NCBI GenBank assembly: GCA_031412655.1
Contig: JANODK010000232.1
Span: forward strand, 2,855 to 66,854
DNA length: 64,000 nt
Direction: 5' to 3'
Origin: Chryseolinea sp.
Lineage (GTDB): Bacteria > Bacteroidota > Bacteroidia > Cytophagales > Cyclobacteriaceae
A model generated the notes under the pieces. That model worked only from the letters and a program-made list of their open reading frames with translations, was not told where the DNA came from and did no database searches. This document shows, piece by piece, positions 28,994 to 38,706 of the stretch (positions are counted from its first letter, which is position 1; each line of letters begins with the position of its first letter). A program made the position numbers and the translations under genes.

Positions 28994-29449
28994 TTAATTC
29001 GCCAGAAGGGCCTCAAGTCGATCAAAGTTTTGCTCGTTTGCATCCACAACAAATGCCTTTACCCGTTGACATTCTTCAACGCAGTCAAATATCATATCAA
29101 ACGTAACAAGGGTTTTATTCAATTGTTTTTCAAATGTTGCAACAACTTGAAATTCATGTCCTGAGATATGATTCCACACCAGCTTTTCCGGACTTTTTAT
29201 TTCGAGCAAGACGCTTTCATTTTCATAATCAGCACCATCAGGTCCATGCATAATCAAGCTCCATCGGCCTCCGGGCTTTAGATCAAATAGTTGAAAGGTA
29301 TTGGTAAATCCTTTTGGTCCCCACCATAACATGAGTTGATCTGGGTTTGTCCAGGCTTCAAATACTCTTTCCTTTGTAGCGTCAATCAATCTTTTTGAAA
29401 TAATTGAACAATCGGGAGAAGGATTGATGATTTCTTTTTTTGGAAGCAT
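28994..29449 (-). CDS. SRPBCC/AHSA1-family protein
   Basis: 151 aa with the pattern RVFEAWTNPDQLMLWWGPKGF typical of Aha1-like SRPBCC proteins. Confidence 0.8.
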   Translation of the reverse strand: MLPKKEIINPSPDCSIISKRLIDATKERVFEAWTNPDQLMLWWGPKGFTNTFQLFDLKPGGRWSLIMHGPDGADYENESVLLEIKSPEKLVWNHISGHEFQVVATFEKQLNKTLVTFDMIFDCVEECQRVKAFVVDANEQNFDRLEALLAN

Positions 29450-29610
29450 AGGCCAATATTTTTTATCTCGGGATTAGCTTGGTGTACAGCAGAGAGGAGC
29501 GAATATGCTATTTAAAAACAGCAAAAAAAATGTGCGGCCTGAAATGGTCAGAATAATCTGCCCAATCCCAAACCACACAATTGAATTTAATAAACCCCTA
29601 AAAAAACGAA

Positions 29611-31935
29611 CTATTTCTTTTTGTATTTTTCTGTACGTTGATCCTGAATTACACCTTTCCAATTCAAACCAAAACCAAAATCGTATTTGTTTCCTTCTGA
29701 ATCGACATGGCATTCCATATCGTGTGAAACATCTTCAAATTGTTTTTCAACAATCTCCATGTTTGCAGGAATTTGAAGTGGGAGCAAGGCAGATGGTTCC
29801 ATAACGCCAGTCAAAATTTCCAATAGGGCTTGATCCTGAACACCAAAGCTAGTGAGAATGGCATTGGCTTGTTTTTCAAATTCTGCATATACCGATGGAC
29901 TAGATAAGTGAACCGAAATAATAACAGGTTTGCCTTTCATCTTTTTATAGGTGTCCGTCACCATGCCTAAATCGGTGGTGTTGATTGCTTTCGTTTTTTT
30001 ATTCTTGTAGGTACGGTTTGTGAATTTCTCCAATTGATCACCACCTGCTATACTTGTATCACGTGCGTTCTTCGCTACGTATTCATTGTATTGTAAACTG
30101 ATGGGCACGTAACCTGTTCCACCTTTCTTTGTTTCTTCGCTGTTGTATCCATTGCCAGAGCTTGCGCCTTCAATAAAGACCAGCGCTAAATCAGCTTCAT
30201 CTGGATTGTCAGTAACCTTGAAATATTTCTTTACAATATCCAGACTTACCGGGTAATCTAATTTTTCAGGTATTGGCATTCCAAGAAAGTTTCTTCCAGC
30301 GGGTGTAAACTTCTTAGGAATGTAAACAGTCTTGTCTTTTTGAAGAGGCAACACATTTCCCTTGTTCTTTAACATCACAATGGATTTCAACTGTGCATCA
30401 TATCCCGCTTTCATAAAATCAGCATTTCCAACAATTGATTTGGATTCTTCTACCGTCAAGTATGGATTTTCAAAAAGTCCTGGACGAAGAATGTTTTTGA
30501 GCAGACGCACAGCAGATTGCTCAAAACGCGCACGCATAAACTTTTCACCATGTTCTTTCACTCCCATGTTGTAGGCTTCAATCACGGGACCCATTTCGTT
30601 GTTTCCACCGAACTGATCTACACCTGCCATTAGAATTTTATAATGACGTTCGCCAATTGTTAGTTTTTCAACTCCCCATGATTTTCCGGTTATGAAAACA
30701 TCAACGGCAGTTTCATCTCCAGTAACCGACCAATCTGTACACGCAACACCATCGTAATTATACTTGGTTCGTAGTAAATCATTAATGATGTATTGGTTAT
30801 AACTGTTACCTACATTCTCATGGTTCTTGGTATCCTGATTATACGAAATGGTATAGTACGGCATCACTGCAGACGCCATTCCTGTTTTTCCTTCAAGTTT
30901 AAATGCCCCATTGACAAATGGAAGAAGAAGTGTTTCGAAATTATTTCCTGGATACACTGCATACTTCCCAAACCCATAATGCGCATCACGTCCTGCTTCT
31001 CCTGATCCACCACCTGGCCAGTGTTTCACCATCGCATTCACACTTTCGTATCCCCAGCCATCGGCAATTTCTTTTGCGCCTGTTGAAGTTTGAAACCCAT
31101 CAATATATGCGCGTGCCATGTCCGTGGCAAGTAATGGGTCTTCACCAAATGTTCCGCTGAAACGGTTCCATCTTGGATCGGTTGCTAAATCAATTTGAGG
31201 GGATAGAGCTGTTGCAATTCCTAATGCGCGATATTCTCGCGCAGCAATGTGCCCAAAGTTTTTCGTAATCTCTGCATCAAATGTAGCCGACATACCCAGT
31301 GAACTTGGCCACATGGAAATTTGTCCACCAGCGCCCGCATTGAATTCTGCGTTGGCAACGGTTCCGTGGCGCGGATCTGAACTGGTGTTTGCCGGAATAC
31401 CTAAACCAAGACCTTCCACCAGTGCTTGCATGTTATTGTTCCACTGTGCAGCAACTTCGGGACTTTCAACCCGGGTGACTAATACATGTCGAAGGTTGTC
31501 ATCTGTTAAAAACTTTTTTTGCTGATCAGAGAGATCAGATGCTTTAGCTCTGCTTTCTTCAAATGTTTTTCCATCATTATACGTACTCGCCATAAAGCCG
31601 CGGCTTCCACCCGGCAGCGATTGATGACGACTGTATAACATCAAACCGGCAATTTGTTCAACAGACAATTGTGATGCAAGGTCTTTAGCACGTTCATCTG
31701 CTGATAGGCGCCAGTCTTCATATTTATCGAGCTTGCCATTTTTGTTCAAATCTTTGAATGCAAGACGATCGGTAGTAATCAGTTTTACTCCTGAGGATGC
31801 TGAGTAACCTAATGTTTTACCGCCTTCATTTTTTACAATATTGATTCCGTTTGATTCTGTCTCTGTCCACTTTGGTCCGCAACTGATTAACGTGAGAAAG
31901 GTAAGTGCACAAAGTGATGAAATGATTTTATTCAT
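29611..31935 (-). CDS. Glycoside hydrolase family 3 (beta-glucosidase/xylosidase-like) lipoprotein
   Basis: Lipobox LTLISCG. GH3 motifs KHWPGGGSGE and ACTDWSV, plus a C-terminal GH3 domain. Confidence 0.9.
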   Translation of the reverse strand: MNKIISSLCALTFLTLISCGPKWTETESNGINIVKNEGGKTLGYSASSGVKLITTDRLAFKDLNKNGKLDKYEDWRLSADERAKDLASQLSVEQIAGLMLYSRHQSLPGGSRGFMASTYNDGKTFEESRAKASDLSDQQKKFLTDDNLRHVLVTRVESPEVAAQWNNNMQALVEGLGLGIPANTSSDPRHGTVANAEFNAGAGGQISMWPSSLGMSATFDAEITKNFGHIAAREYRALGIATALSPQIDLATDPRWNRFSGTFGEDPLLATDMARAYIDGFQTSTGAKEIADGWGYESVNAMVKHWPGGGSGEAGRDAHYGFGKYAVYPGNNFETLLLPFVNGAFKLEGKTGMASAVMPYYTISYNQDTKNHENVGNSYNQYIINDLLRTKYNYDGVACTDWSVTGDETAVDVFITGKSWGVEKLTIGERHYKILMAGVDQFGGNNEMGPVIEAYNMGVKEHGEKFMRARFEQSAVRLLKNILRPGLFENPYLTVEESKSIVGNADFMKAGYDAQLKSIVMLKNKGNVLPLQKDKTVYIPKKFTPAGRNFLGMPIPEKLDYPVSLDIVKKYFKVTDNPDEADLALVFIEGASSGNGYNSEETKKGGTGYVPISLQYNEYVAKNARDTSIAGGDQLEKFTNRTYKNKKTKAINTTDLGMVTDTYKKMKGKPVIISVHLSSPSVYAEFEKQANAILTSFGVQDQALLEILTGVMEPSALLPLQIPANMEIVEKQFEDVSHDMECHVDSEGNKYDFGFGLNWKGVIQDQRTEKYKKK

Positions 31936-31946
31936 ACGTCAGTAGA

Positions 31947-32843
31947 TTATTTAAGAATTCCATTTAGATATTTAATGCTCGCAGTAATACTTTCAATGGC
32001 ATTGGGTGGCATATCATGCTCAACGAATGGATGTACTAAACCAGCAAGTTTTGCATTGTCGAAAATTCTTTTGAAGTCGATCACACCACTGCCAACAGGC
32101 ATGAGTGTTTTATAATCTTTATCAAAATCCTTTACATGCCAAAGTGGAAAACGTCCTGGATTCTTTTTGAAAAGTTCGACAGGATCTACTCCGGCTTTTG
32201 AAACCCAGGCAAGATCAAGTTCCATTTTAACCTGTTTGTCGATTTGAGATAAGAAGAGATCGTATGGAACAATACCATCAACCATTTTGAATTCGGCATC
32301 GTGATTATGATAGGCCAGTGTGATTCCAGCCTTCTTACACGCTTCACCCGTTTTATTTAAAATATCAATAGAGCTCTTAACAGCATCACCTGTTTTAATG
32401 TCGATGCTCGCACAAACAAGATATTGAACTCCACCTTCCGCTGCTTCATCAATCAATTCCTGATGATTATCTTTCAACGATCGCATCTTCGAAAAACCAT
32501 CGGGCAGCTTCATATCAAGAGGTGGAACAAATGGAGTTCCCATTACATGGTGTGATCGCCACCCAAGTCCTAGGTCATTCGCTACTTTAAGAAACTCTTT
32601 TGGCTTCAAACCATAGTATCCGCCTTTCATACTGAAAGCGGATTCCAAGTCTTTATAACCTAGATCAGCTATCTGCTTAAGGATACCGTTGAGGTCGTTA
32701 TCGATTTGACCAAAGAAAGTAAACAACTGTATTCCAATGGGCTGGGTTTTAGGAAGCACATTTGCCCAGGATACTTGAGAAAGTGCCATTCCACCAAGGG
32801 CCAGCGCTCCTGAGTTTTTCAAAAAGTTTCTTCTATTTAACAT
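31947..32843 (-). CDS. Xylose-isomerase-like TIM-barrel sugar phosphate isomerase/epimerase, Tat-exported
   Basis: Twin-arginine leader MLNRRNFLKNSGALALGG. AP-endonuclease-2/TIM fold pattern (YHNHDAEF, HVKD). Confidence 0.8.
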   Translation of the reverse strand: MLNRRNFLKNSGALALGGMALSQVSWANVLPKTQPIGIQLFTFFGQIDNDLNGILKQIADLGYKDLESAFSMKGGYYGLKPKEFLKVANDLGLGWRSHHVMGTPFVPPLDMKLPDGFSKMRSLKDNHQELIDEAAEGGVQYLVCASIDIKTGDAVKSSIDILNKTGEACKKAGITLAYHNHDAEFKMVDGIVPYDLFLSQIDKQVKMELDLAWVSKAGVDPVELFKKNPGRFPLWHVKDFDKDYKTLMPVGSGVIDFKRIFDNAKLAGLVHPFVEHDMPPNAIESITASIKYLNGILK

Positions 32844-32905
32844 ATCATTGCAGTGTTAAGTGGGGGGTGTTAGATTGGTACCTTGCAAGGATACACTATT
32901 TTTCA

Positions 32906-32924
32906 TTGTGTAAAGTATACACAA
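32906..32924. promoter_or_regulatory. NrtR-type palindromic operator TTGTGTAAAGTATACACAA
   Basis: Read directly. 17/19 identical to the site abutting the NAD nrtR at 58943..58961. It lies in the divergent region between the isomerase/GH3 genes and the NrtR-family gene. Confidence 0.55.
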
Positions 32925-32945
32925 CTAATCATTTACATTAGCGGT

Positions 32946-33701
32946 ATGAACAAAGAGATCCCGGAATTAGACAGAGATTTTGTAGAGAATGGCCAGAAAA
33001 CCTATTTGAGACACCTTTCTGTGGATTGTGTGATTTTTGGTTTTCATGAAAATGAATTGAAAGTGCTGTTGATACGATGGAAAGATGGGCCGTGGTGCCT
33101 GCCGGGTGGATTTGTTAAAAAAGAAGAATCTCTTAACACATCGGCTTCCCGCATACTTGAGGAGCGTACTGGGCTGAATGATATTTTCCTTCAGCAGTTT
33201 CATGTATTTGGTGATGCCAATCGTGAAAAAAACAAAAAGAATTTTAATTCAAAACTGAAGAACAGTTGGATTATGGATCGCTTTGTAACAGTGGGTTACT
33301 ACGCGTTAGTAGAATATTCAAAAGTAAAACCCAAACCCGATTGGCTTTCGGATGAGTGCAGTTGGTGGGACATTCATTCCATTCCTTCTTTAGTGTATGA
33401 TCACAATGAGATTTTAGAAAAGGCACTTGAAGTACTTCGACTCAGTTTGAACGATCACCCGATTGGGTACAACTTATTGCCAGAAAAATTCACCATGCCT
33501 GAATTGCAACGGTTGTACGAAACCATTTTAGATAAAGAGATCGACAGAAGAAATTTTCAGAAGAAGTTATTGAGTTTGGATATTCTCGTTCGGTTGGAAG
33601 AACGAAAAACAGGAGGAGCTCACAAAGCACCCTATCTCTATCGCTTTGACAAACGAAAATACGATCGTGCTTTGAAGGAGGGATTGACAGGCGGATTTTA
33701 G
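32946..33701 (+). CDS. NrtR-family (Nudix-related + C-terminal wHTH) transcriptional regulator with a degenerate Nudix box
   Basis: Start MNKEIPELD. The Nudix-like box GGFVKKEESLNTSASRILEERTGL has lost the RE..EE pattern. The C-terminal DRRNFQKKLL wHTH region resembles the NAD NrtR at 58962. Confidence 0.8.
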   Translation: MNKEIPELDRDFVENGQKTYLRHLSVDCVIFGFHENELKVLLIRWKDGPWCLPGGFVKKEESLNTSASRILEERTGLNDIFLQQFHVFGDANREKNKKNFNSKLKNSWIMDRFVTVGYYALVEYSKVKPKPDWLSDECSWWDIHSIPSLVYDHNEILEKALEVLRLSLNDHPIGYNLLPEKFTMPELQRLYETILDKEIDRRNFQKKLLSLDILVRLEERKTGGAHKAPYLYRFDKRKYDRALKEGLTGGF

Positions 33702-33750
33702 ATTTCCGGATTTAGTACTTGAATTGGAAAGCTAAAATGGAGTGAATGCA

Positions 33751-35193
33751 TTAGTTGAATTTGAAATAAAACTCACCGGTAATATTCGAACTGTCCCACG
33801 TATTTTGTTTATCACCAGAAAGGCGCAATACATTTGCCCGTACATCTTTAAATACTCTTTCAATCGTTAAGCCTGGTTTTTTCATGGCCTTTAGAAGTTC
33901 CTGAGTATATAAACCGTTGCGACCTGATCCATCAGCAGCAACCGAACCGGGTGCTGTAGCATAGGCGATAAAGGAACCTCTTGCACGCTTCATCTCGCCT
34001 AAACCTTGTTCTCCTAATGAACGGGTAAGAGAAGGAAATGGATTATTACGACACGCATCTAAAATAACAATGTTCATTCGGGAATTGGATCGTTCCATGT
34101 TGGATAACACCATACGCTGCACAGGAAAACAGTAACGCGCGATGTCATCTTCAAATTCAATTGATGCATCAATGGGAACTAGAAAATTTTCTTCTTCATT
34201 TCGAAGCCCGTGGCCTGCATAATAAAATAGTGCGACAGTATTTTCCGGATCAGAGGCATCTACCTTTTCTTTAAAGCGTAACATCGCTGCACGCATTTGG
34301 CCATAGGTAGCATTGGTTAACAAGTCCACCACAAAATTTGAATTTCGTAATTCCTGTGCCATGTCTGAAGCATCGTTTACCGGATTTTTTAGTACACCAA
34401 TATTTTTTGGATAATTGGAATTGCCAATAACCAACGCATACCGTTTTTCATTTTTGTAAATGTCAGCCAGTGTGGGTTCTGCTGGTGCTACTGGCTCTAT
34501 TGTTTTCTTTTGTACTACAGGTTGTTTTTCAACTGGCTTTTCAGATGTTATCACAACAGGCTCTACTTTCTTTTCAACCGGTTTCTTTTCAGTTGTATTT
34601 TTTTGTCCAGTCTTATTTTCTTCTAGTAACGCACTTCTTGAGACCAACCCCTGTTTCTCTAATTTGTCAATCTCTTGTTTAATCTCATTATTGTTAGGAC
34701 TTAATGCAAAAGCACTTTTTAAATCTTCCACTGCCAGTGCTTGGTTGGCTGATTTGGTATAAATCAAACTTCGTTCATACAGAAGTTTTGCTTTTGTTTC
34801 TTTATCAACTCCCAATTCACGGATAGCATTCGTGTAGGAGGAGGTAGCATCCGAATATTGCTTCAACTGATCATAACTTTTCGCCATGAACCAATAGATA
34901 TTTCCTTTGTTGGGATGGTTTAGGAGTACAGTTTCCTGAAAGTCATCAATGGCACTTGAATAATTTCCAGACTTGAAATACGAGAGTGCACGTAAATAAA
35001 AAACCTCATTGTCCATCGCTTTATCCCGCAATGGTTTGGTAAGGTATTCGGAAAAAAGAGAAATTGCCTCTGTGTATTTTCCTGCTTTGTAGCTATCGTA
35101 TCCTTTCTGATAAAGTTTGAATTGAGCAAATGCAAACTCTGTTAAGAGAACGAATAGAATCGTAAACCATATGTTGAACCGAAACTGTTTCAT
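33751..35193 (-). CDS. Exported TPR-repeat + caspase (peptidase C14) domain protein
   Basis: Signal peptide, TPR repeats, a Pro/Lys/Glu/Val-rich linker, then a caspase domain with His in YYAGHGL and Cys in ILDACRNNPF. Confidence 0.85.
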   Translation of the reverse strand: MKQFRFNIWFTILFVLLTEFAFAQFKLYQKGYDSYKAGKYTEAISLFSEYLTKPLRDKAMDNEVFYLRALSYFKSGNYSSAIDDFQETVLLNHPNKGNIYWFMAKSYDQLKQYSDATSSYTNAIRELGVDKETKAKLLYERSLIYTKSANQALAVEDLKSAFALSPNNNEIKQEIDKLEKQGLVSRSALLEENKTGQKNTTEKKPVEKKVEPVVITSEKPVEKQPVVQKKTIEPVAPAEPTLADIYKNEKRYALVIGNSNYPKNIGVLKNPVNDASDMAQELRNSNFVVDLLTNATYGQMRAAMLRFKEKVDASDPENTVALFYYAGHGLRNEEENFLVPIDASIEFEDDIARYCFPVQRMVLSNMERSNSRMNIVILDACRNNPFPSLTRSLGEQGLGEMKRARGSFIAYATAPGSVAADGSGRNGLYTQELLKAMKKPGLTIERVFKDVRANVLRLSGDKQNTWDSSNITGEFYFKFN

Positions 35194-35208
35194 TGATCAA
35201 TTTGTGGT

Positions 35209-36114
35209 TTAGAAATTAAAGGAAGCTCCAAACTGAATATTAACAGAAGGGAAACCCTCTTTAACCATTGGAAATTCTTCTTTTAAGTAATCTTCTACCG
35301 TAAAGTCGTATGATTTGGTACTGACCATACTGATTGGAAAAGTGTAGCCAAAGGATGCTTGAGCAAAGATCGATATTGTTTTGGTAGGAATCAATTCAAC
35401 TCCAGGACCAATAAAGATACCACCGGTTACAGTTGTCTCTTCTTTTAGTGCTGGAAAAGCGTTAGGCCCCCAATCATCAACATAGCCATCCGGATACCAC
35501 GTATTATCATTTGTATCATAGTAAAGACCATCAACATCATCTTCATAGGCTTCGTAGACGTATCTTTCACCTGTACCCGTTACTTCTTTTCTATTTGCAC
35601 TAGCAACAAAAGGTTTAGCAAATGCATATACCGAGAACTTTGTATTATCTTTTATTGGAATAAGGTTCAATTTTAAATTAAGCGCTAAAGAAATAAGGGA
35701 AATATCTCCACCTTTCAGATTTAGTAAGAAACCGTAGTCCCATTGATAGTCAGGTGGTAAACCAAATTGATCATAACGCTCATGCCACGTATTGAGGTTG
35801 TCAGCGATACCTACATAAAGGTCATCAGCGTCTTCAGCACTCGTTTTAGCAGGATCATATTTAAAACTCAGATAAGAAATAGAAGGTCCAATGGAGAGTA
35901 TTCTGTTTAAACGTTTTAAATATCCTGTTTCAAAATTAAACCCAGTGCTATAGTCTCCTATGTTTTTACCTAATGTGAAGGAAGGACCAAACCCGATAAA
36001 AATGCCGTTGTCACGTTGTATACGATCCCGCTTTACAATGTTGCCCTCATCCTGTGCAGAGGCAATGGATGTGGTAAATAAGACCAAGCTAAATAGACAA
36101 AATAGTTTCTTCAT
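35209..36114 (-). CDS. Outer-membrane beta-barrel protein (hypothetical)
   Basis: Signal peptide ending SIASAQ, alternating hydrophobic beta-strand pattern, and a C-terminal FGASFNF ending in Phe. Confidence 0.6.
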   Translation of the reverse strand: MKKLFCLFSLVLFTTSIASAQDEGNIVKRDRIQRDNGIFIGFGPSFTLGKNIGDYSTGFNFETGYLKRLNRILSIGPSISYLSFKYDPAKTSAEDADDLYVGIADNLNTWHERYDQFGLPPDYQWDYGFLLNLKGGDISLISLALNLKLNLIPIKDNTKFSVYAFAKPFVASANRKEVTGTGERYVYEAYEDDVDGLYYDTNDNTWYPDGYVDDWGPNAFPALKEETTVTGGIFIGPGVELIPTKTISIFAQASFGYTFPISMVSTKSYDFTVEDYLKEEFPMVKEGFPSVNIQFGASFNF

Positions 36115-36189
36115 ATTGAGAAGTTTGATATTAAAGTTAAGGTATTTAAAAAAGCATTGAAAAACCAGTCAGTCCTTTCTATGTGTTAC

Positions 36190-37581
36190 TTATTGAAACT
36201 TAAAATAGAATTCCCCTATGATGTTTGAACTATCCCAGGTGTATTGTTTTTCACCGGAAAGTCGCAGTACATTCATTCGCACATCTTTAAATACTTGTTC
36301 AATGGTAAGTCCTGGCTTGTGGAGTGCTTTCAATAATTCCTGTGTATACAAACCATTTCTTCCGCTGCCATCAGACGCAACGGAACCGGGAGATGTAGCA
36401 TAAGCTATGAAAGATCCCTTAGCTCTTTTCATTTCACCAAGTCCTGAGCCGATAGAACGTGAAGTCGCAGGAAATGGATTGTTGCGACAAGCATCGAGTA
36501 TAATAATGTTCATGCGTGAATTTGATCTTTCCATGTTTGCCAACACCATATTTTGCACAGGGAAACACATGCGCACGATGTCGTCTTCATACTTCACATC
36601 AGCATCGACCGGTACGAGATAATTTTCTTCCTGATATTGTACACCATGCCCTGCGTAGTAAAATAATCCTACTGTTTGATCAAGGGGTCCGTTGGTAAGC
36701 TTTTCATGAAATTTACGCATGGCTTCCCGAAGTTGAACATAGGTAGCGTTGGTGAGAAGTTGTACTTCAAAGTCTGATTTACGAAGCTCGGTGGCCACAT
36801 CGGTAGCATCGTTTACCGGATTTTTTAAAATGCCTACGGATTGAGAGTAATTACTATTTCCAATAACAAGTGCATACCGTTTTTCATCTTTATACAGTTC
36901 GCCCAAGGCCGGAATCATAGAGGTTACCGGAGGTGGCTGCTGAACTTGTTCTTGTTTTGAAGTCTCTGCTGGTTTTGTCTTGCTTGGATTTGACTTTACA
37001 ATTACCTGTGTCTTTTTGCTTTCATCACCACCACGACTTGGCGTGTTGGTTGGTTTTCCGGTTGTGGCCTTTGCAATTTCAGCATTCGATGGGTCGAGCA
37101 ATTTTGCTTGTGCTAGATCTTTCGCTGCAGCATCTTTATCTCCTAGTCGGGAATAGAATTGCGACCGATCCGCTAATATTAATGCCAATGTTTTTTTATT
37201 CTTGGCAGCAAAGCCCTCAGCTTCTTTATAAGCCGATTTTGCCTCAGAAGTTTTGCCAAGCTTGTCGTAGCACCGCGCTTTATACCAGGTTACGGTTCCT
37301 TTATTATAATGGTTTAATGTAATGCTTTGATCGAGGTCGGATAAGGATTTTTCATATTCGGCTTTGTGAAAATAAGATTGACCGCGATACGAATAAAGGT
37401 CTTCGTCATATCGTTTATTATGGGATGGATTTTCCAGAATTTTTGAATAAAGTGCGATCACACCATCGTAGTCTTTTGCCCGAAACTTGGCAATACCCTC
37501 ATCGTATTCTTTTGTATCCTGAGCAAGCGTTAGACTTGAGACAACGAAGAGAACGATAATACTCAATAGTACGTGTTTCAT
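36190..37581 (-). CDS. Exported TPR-repeat + caspase (peptidase C14) domain protein, paralogue of 33751..35193
   Basis: Likely start MKHVLLSIIVLFVVSSL at 37581. Same architecture, with YYAGHGV and ILDACRNNPF. The C-terminal half is clearly collinear with the other copy. Confidence 0.85.
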   Translation of the reverse strand: MKHVLLSIIVLFVVSSLTLAQDTKEYDEGIAKFRAKDYDGVIALYSKILENPSHNKRYDEDLYSYRGQSYFHKAEYEKSLSDLDQSITLNHYNKGTVTWYKARCYDKLGKTSEAKSAYKEAEGFAAKNKKTLALILADRSQFYSRLGDKDAAAKDLAQAKLLDPSNAEIAKATTGKPTNTPSRGGDESKKTQVIVKSNPSKTKPAETSKQEQVQQPPPVTSMIPALGELYKDEKRYALVIGNSNYSQSVGILKNPVNDATDVATELRKSDFEVQLLTNATYVQLREAMRKFHEKLTNGPLDQTVGLFYYAGHGVQYQEENYLVPVDADVKYEDDIVRMCFPVQNMVLANMERSNSRMNIIILDACRNNPFPATSRSIGSGLGEMKRAKGSFIAYATSPGSVASDGSGRNGLYTQELLKALHKPGLTIEQVFKDVRMNVLRLSGEKQYTWDSSNIIGEFYFKFQ

Positions 37582-37699
37582 TGGAGGTAGGAATTTTTGT
37601 AAACAAAGATACGTATACGGCAAAAATTAAAGAACCGTTTCTGGAAGACTTAATTTAAGGCTTATTGCAAAAAGTGCTATTTTTAGGCGATTTCAATTC

Positions 37700-37870
37700 A
37701 TGAAAAAGACCATCCTCGTTTTTTTGCTGCTCCTTTTCCTTTTGCCCTCATGCAGCAAAAGCTCCAGCCCGTCCTATAAGATGGTTAAACCCAAGTACCA
37801 TCATCGCTGGTACGACCGTAAAAAGGACAAACATACCAAGCGTGTGAAGTCCATTAAGATAATTCGATAG
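37700..37870 (+). CDS. Possible small basic lipoprotein (56 aa)
   Basis: MKKTILVFLLLLFLLPSCSK lipobox. Below the ORF-track cutoff, with no other support. Confidence 0.4.
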   Translation: MKKTILVFLLLLFLLPSCSKSSSPSYKMVKPKYHHRWYDRKKDKHTKRVKSIKIIR

Positions 37871-37961
37871 GTAAGTGGTAAGTAGTAATCGGTGATCGGT
37901 TTGCTAAATTATTCTGTTTCAGCTAAACCACCGTTTACTGATTACCGATTACTGATTACCA

Positions 37962-38591
37962 CTACTGCAGCCCTTTAAAAAGTAAATCCAGATTTCTCCT
38001 GAAGTATTGTTTGATAGGACTCTGCTGATTGAGGTGAGCGGTAATAATTCCACCGTAAAAAATGGTCAGCAATAAGTTGGTGATATCGCGGGTATTTATG
38101 GTTCGTGTGATTTCTTTTTTGAATATGGCTTCAAGTGTAAACTTCTCCAGCATTTGGTCAAGCGAGAAAATATTCATCGTGCTAACGTTTTCAACATCAG
38201 GATAAATTAGTTTCTTTTCTTCTACCTTAACGGGGAAGGGCTTGGGTGTTCGTTTCAAATCAGAGAGGTAACTTACCAAGCTCAACATCAACCCGGGATG
38301 ATCCTCACACTCCTCACTGATCTTGTCGAACAGATAATACATTCCTTGTAATCCTTCTTTTGGCTTTTGATTCAAATCAACGGATCGCGCGAAGCACCAC
38401 ATTCTGAAATAATAGAGCAGAATGTCTTCCTTTTGAGGAAAATATTTAAAAAGTGTAACCTTCGAGATTTTAACCTTCTCACAAATGTCATCTACATATA
38501 AATCTTCGAACGATTTTTTTCCTATCAGTTTCAGTGTATGATCAAGCACTTGTATTTTGAGTCGTGCGGCCTTTTCTTTTCTCAGGCTCAT
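37962..38591 (-). CDS. TetR/AcrR family transcriptional regulator
   Basis: N-terminal HTH FEDLYVDDICEKVKISKVTLFKYFPQKEDIL. Confidence 0.8.
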   Translation of the reverse strand: MSLRKEKAARLKIQVLDHTLKLIGKKSFEDLYVDDICEKVKISKVTLFKYFPQKEDILLYYFRMWCFARSVDLNQKPKEGLQGMYYLFDKISEECEDHPGLMLSLVSYLSDLKRTPKPFPVKVEEKKLIYPDVENVSTMNIFSLDQMLEKFTLEAIFKKEITRTINTRDITNLLLTIFYGGIITAHLNQQSPIKQYFRRNLDLLFKGLQ

Positions 38592-38706
38592 GTTATAGGC
38601 AATGGTTAAGGGTTAGTCGGTACATCCGAATGGCAAAGGAAAGTATAGCCGGTTTTCCAATCCATCATGGAATTAATACTTTTATGCGGACTTAACCAAT
38701 AGCCAA

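Noticed and set aside
29474-29804. ORFs 29474..29713 (-) and 29505..29804 (+) at the GH3 3' end
   Set aside because: They overlap the well-supported GH3 frame or the intergenic spacer, and they have low-complexity sequence.
34460-34762. Antisense ORFs (34460..34762, 34470..34682, 36933..37322) over the caspase linker regions
   Set aside because: These are low-complexity mirror translations of the Pro/Lys/Glu-rich linkers. The sense frames carry clear TPR and caspase domains.
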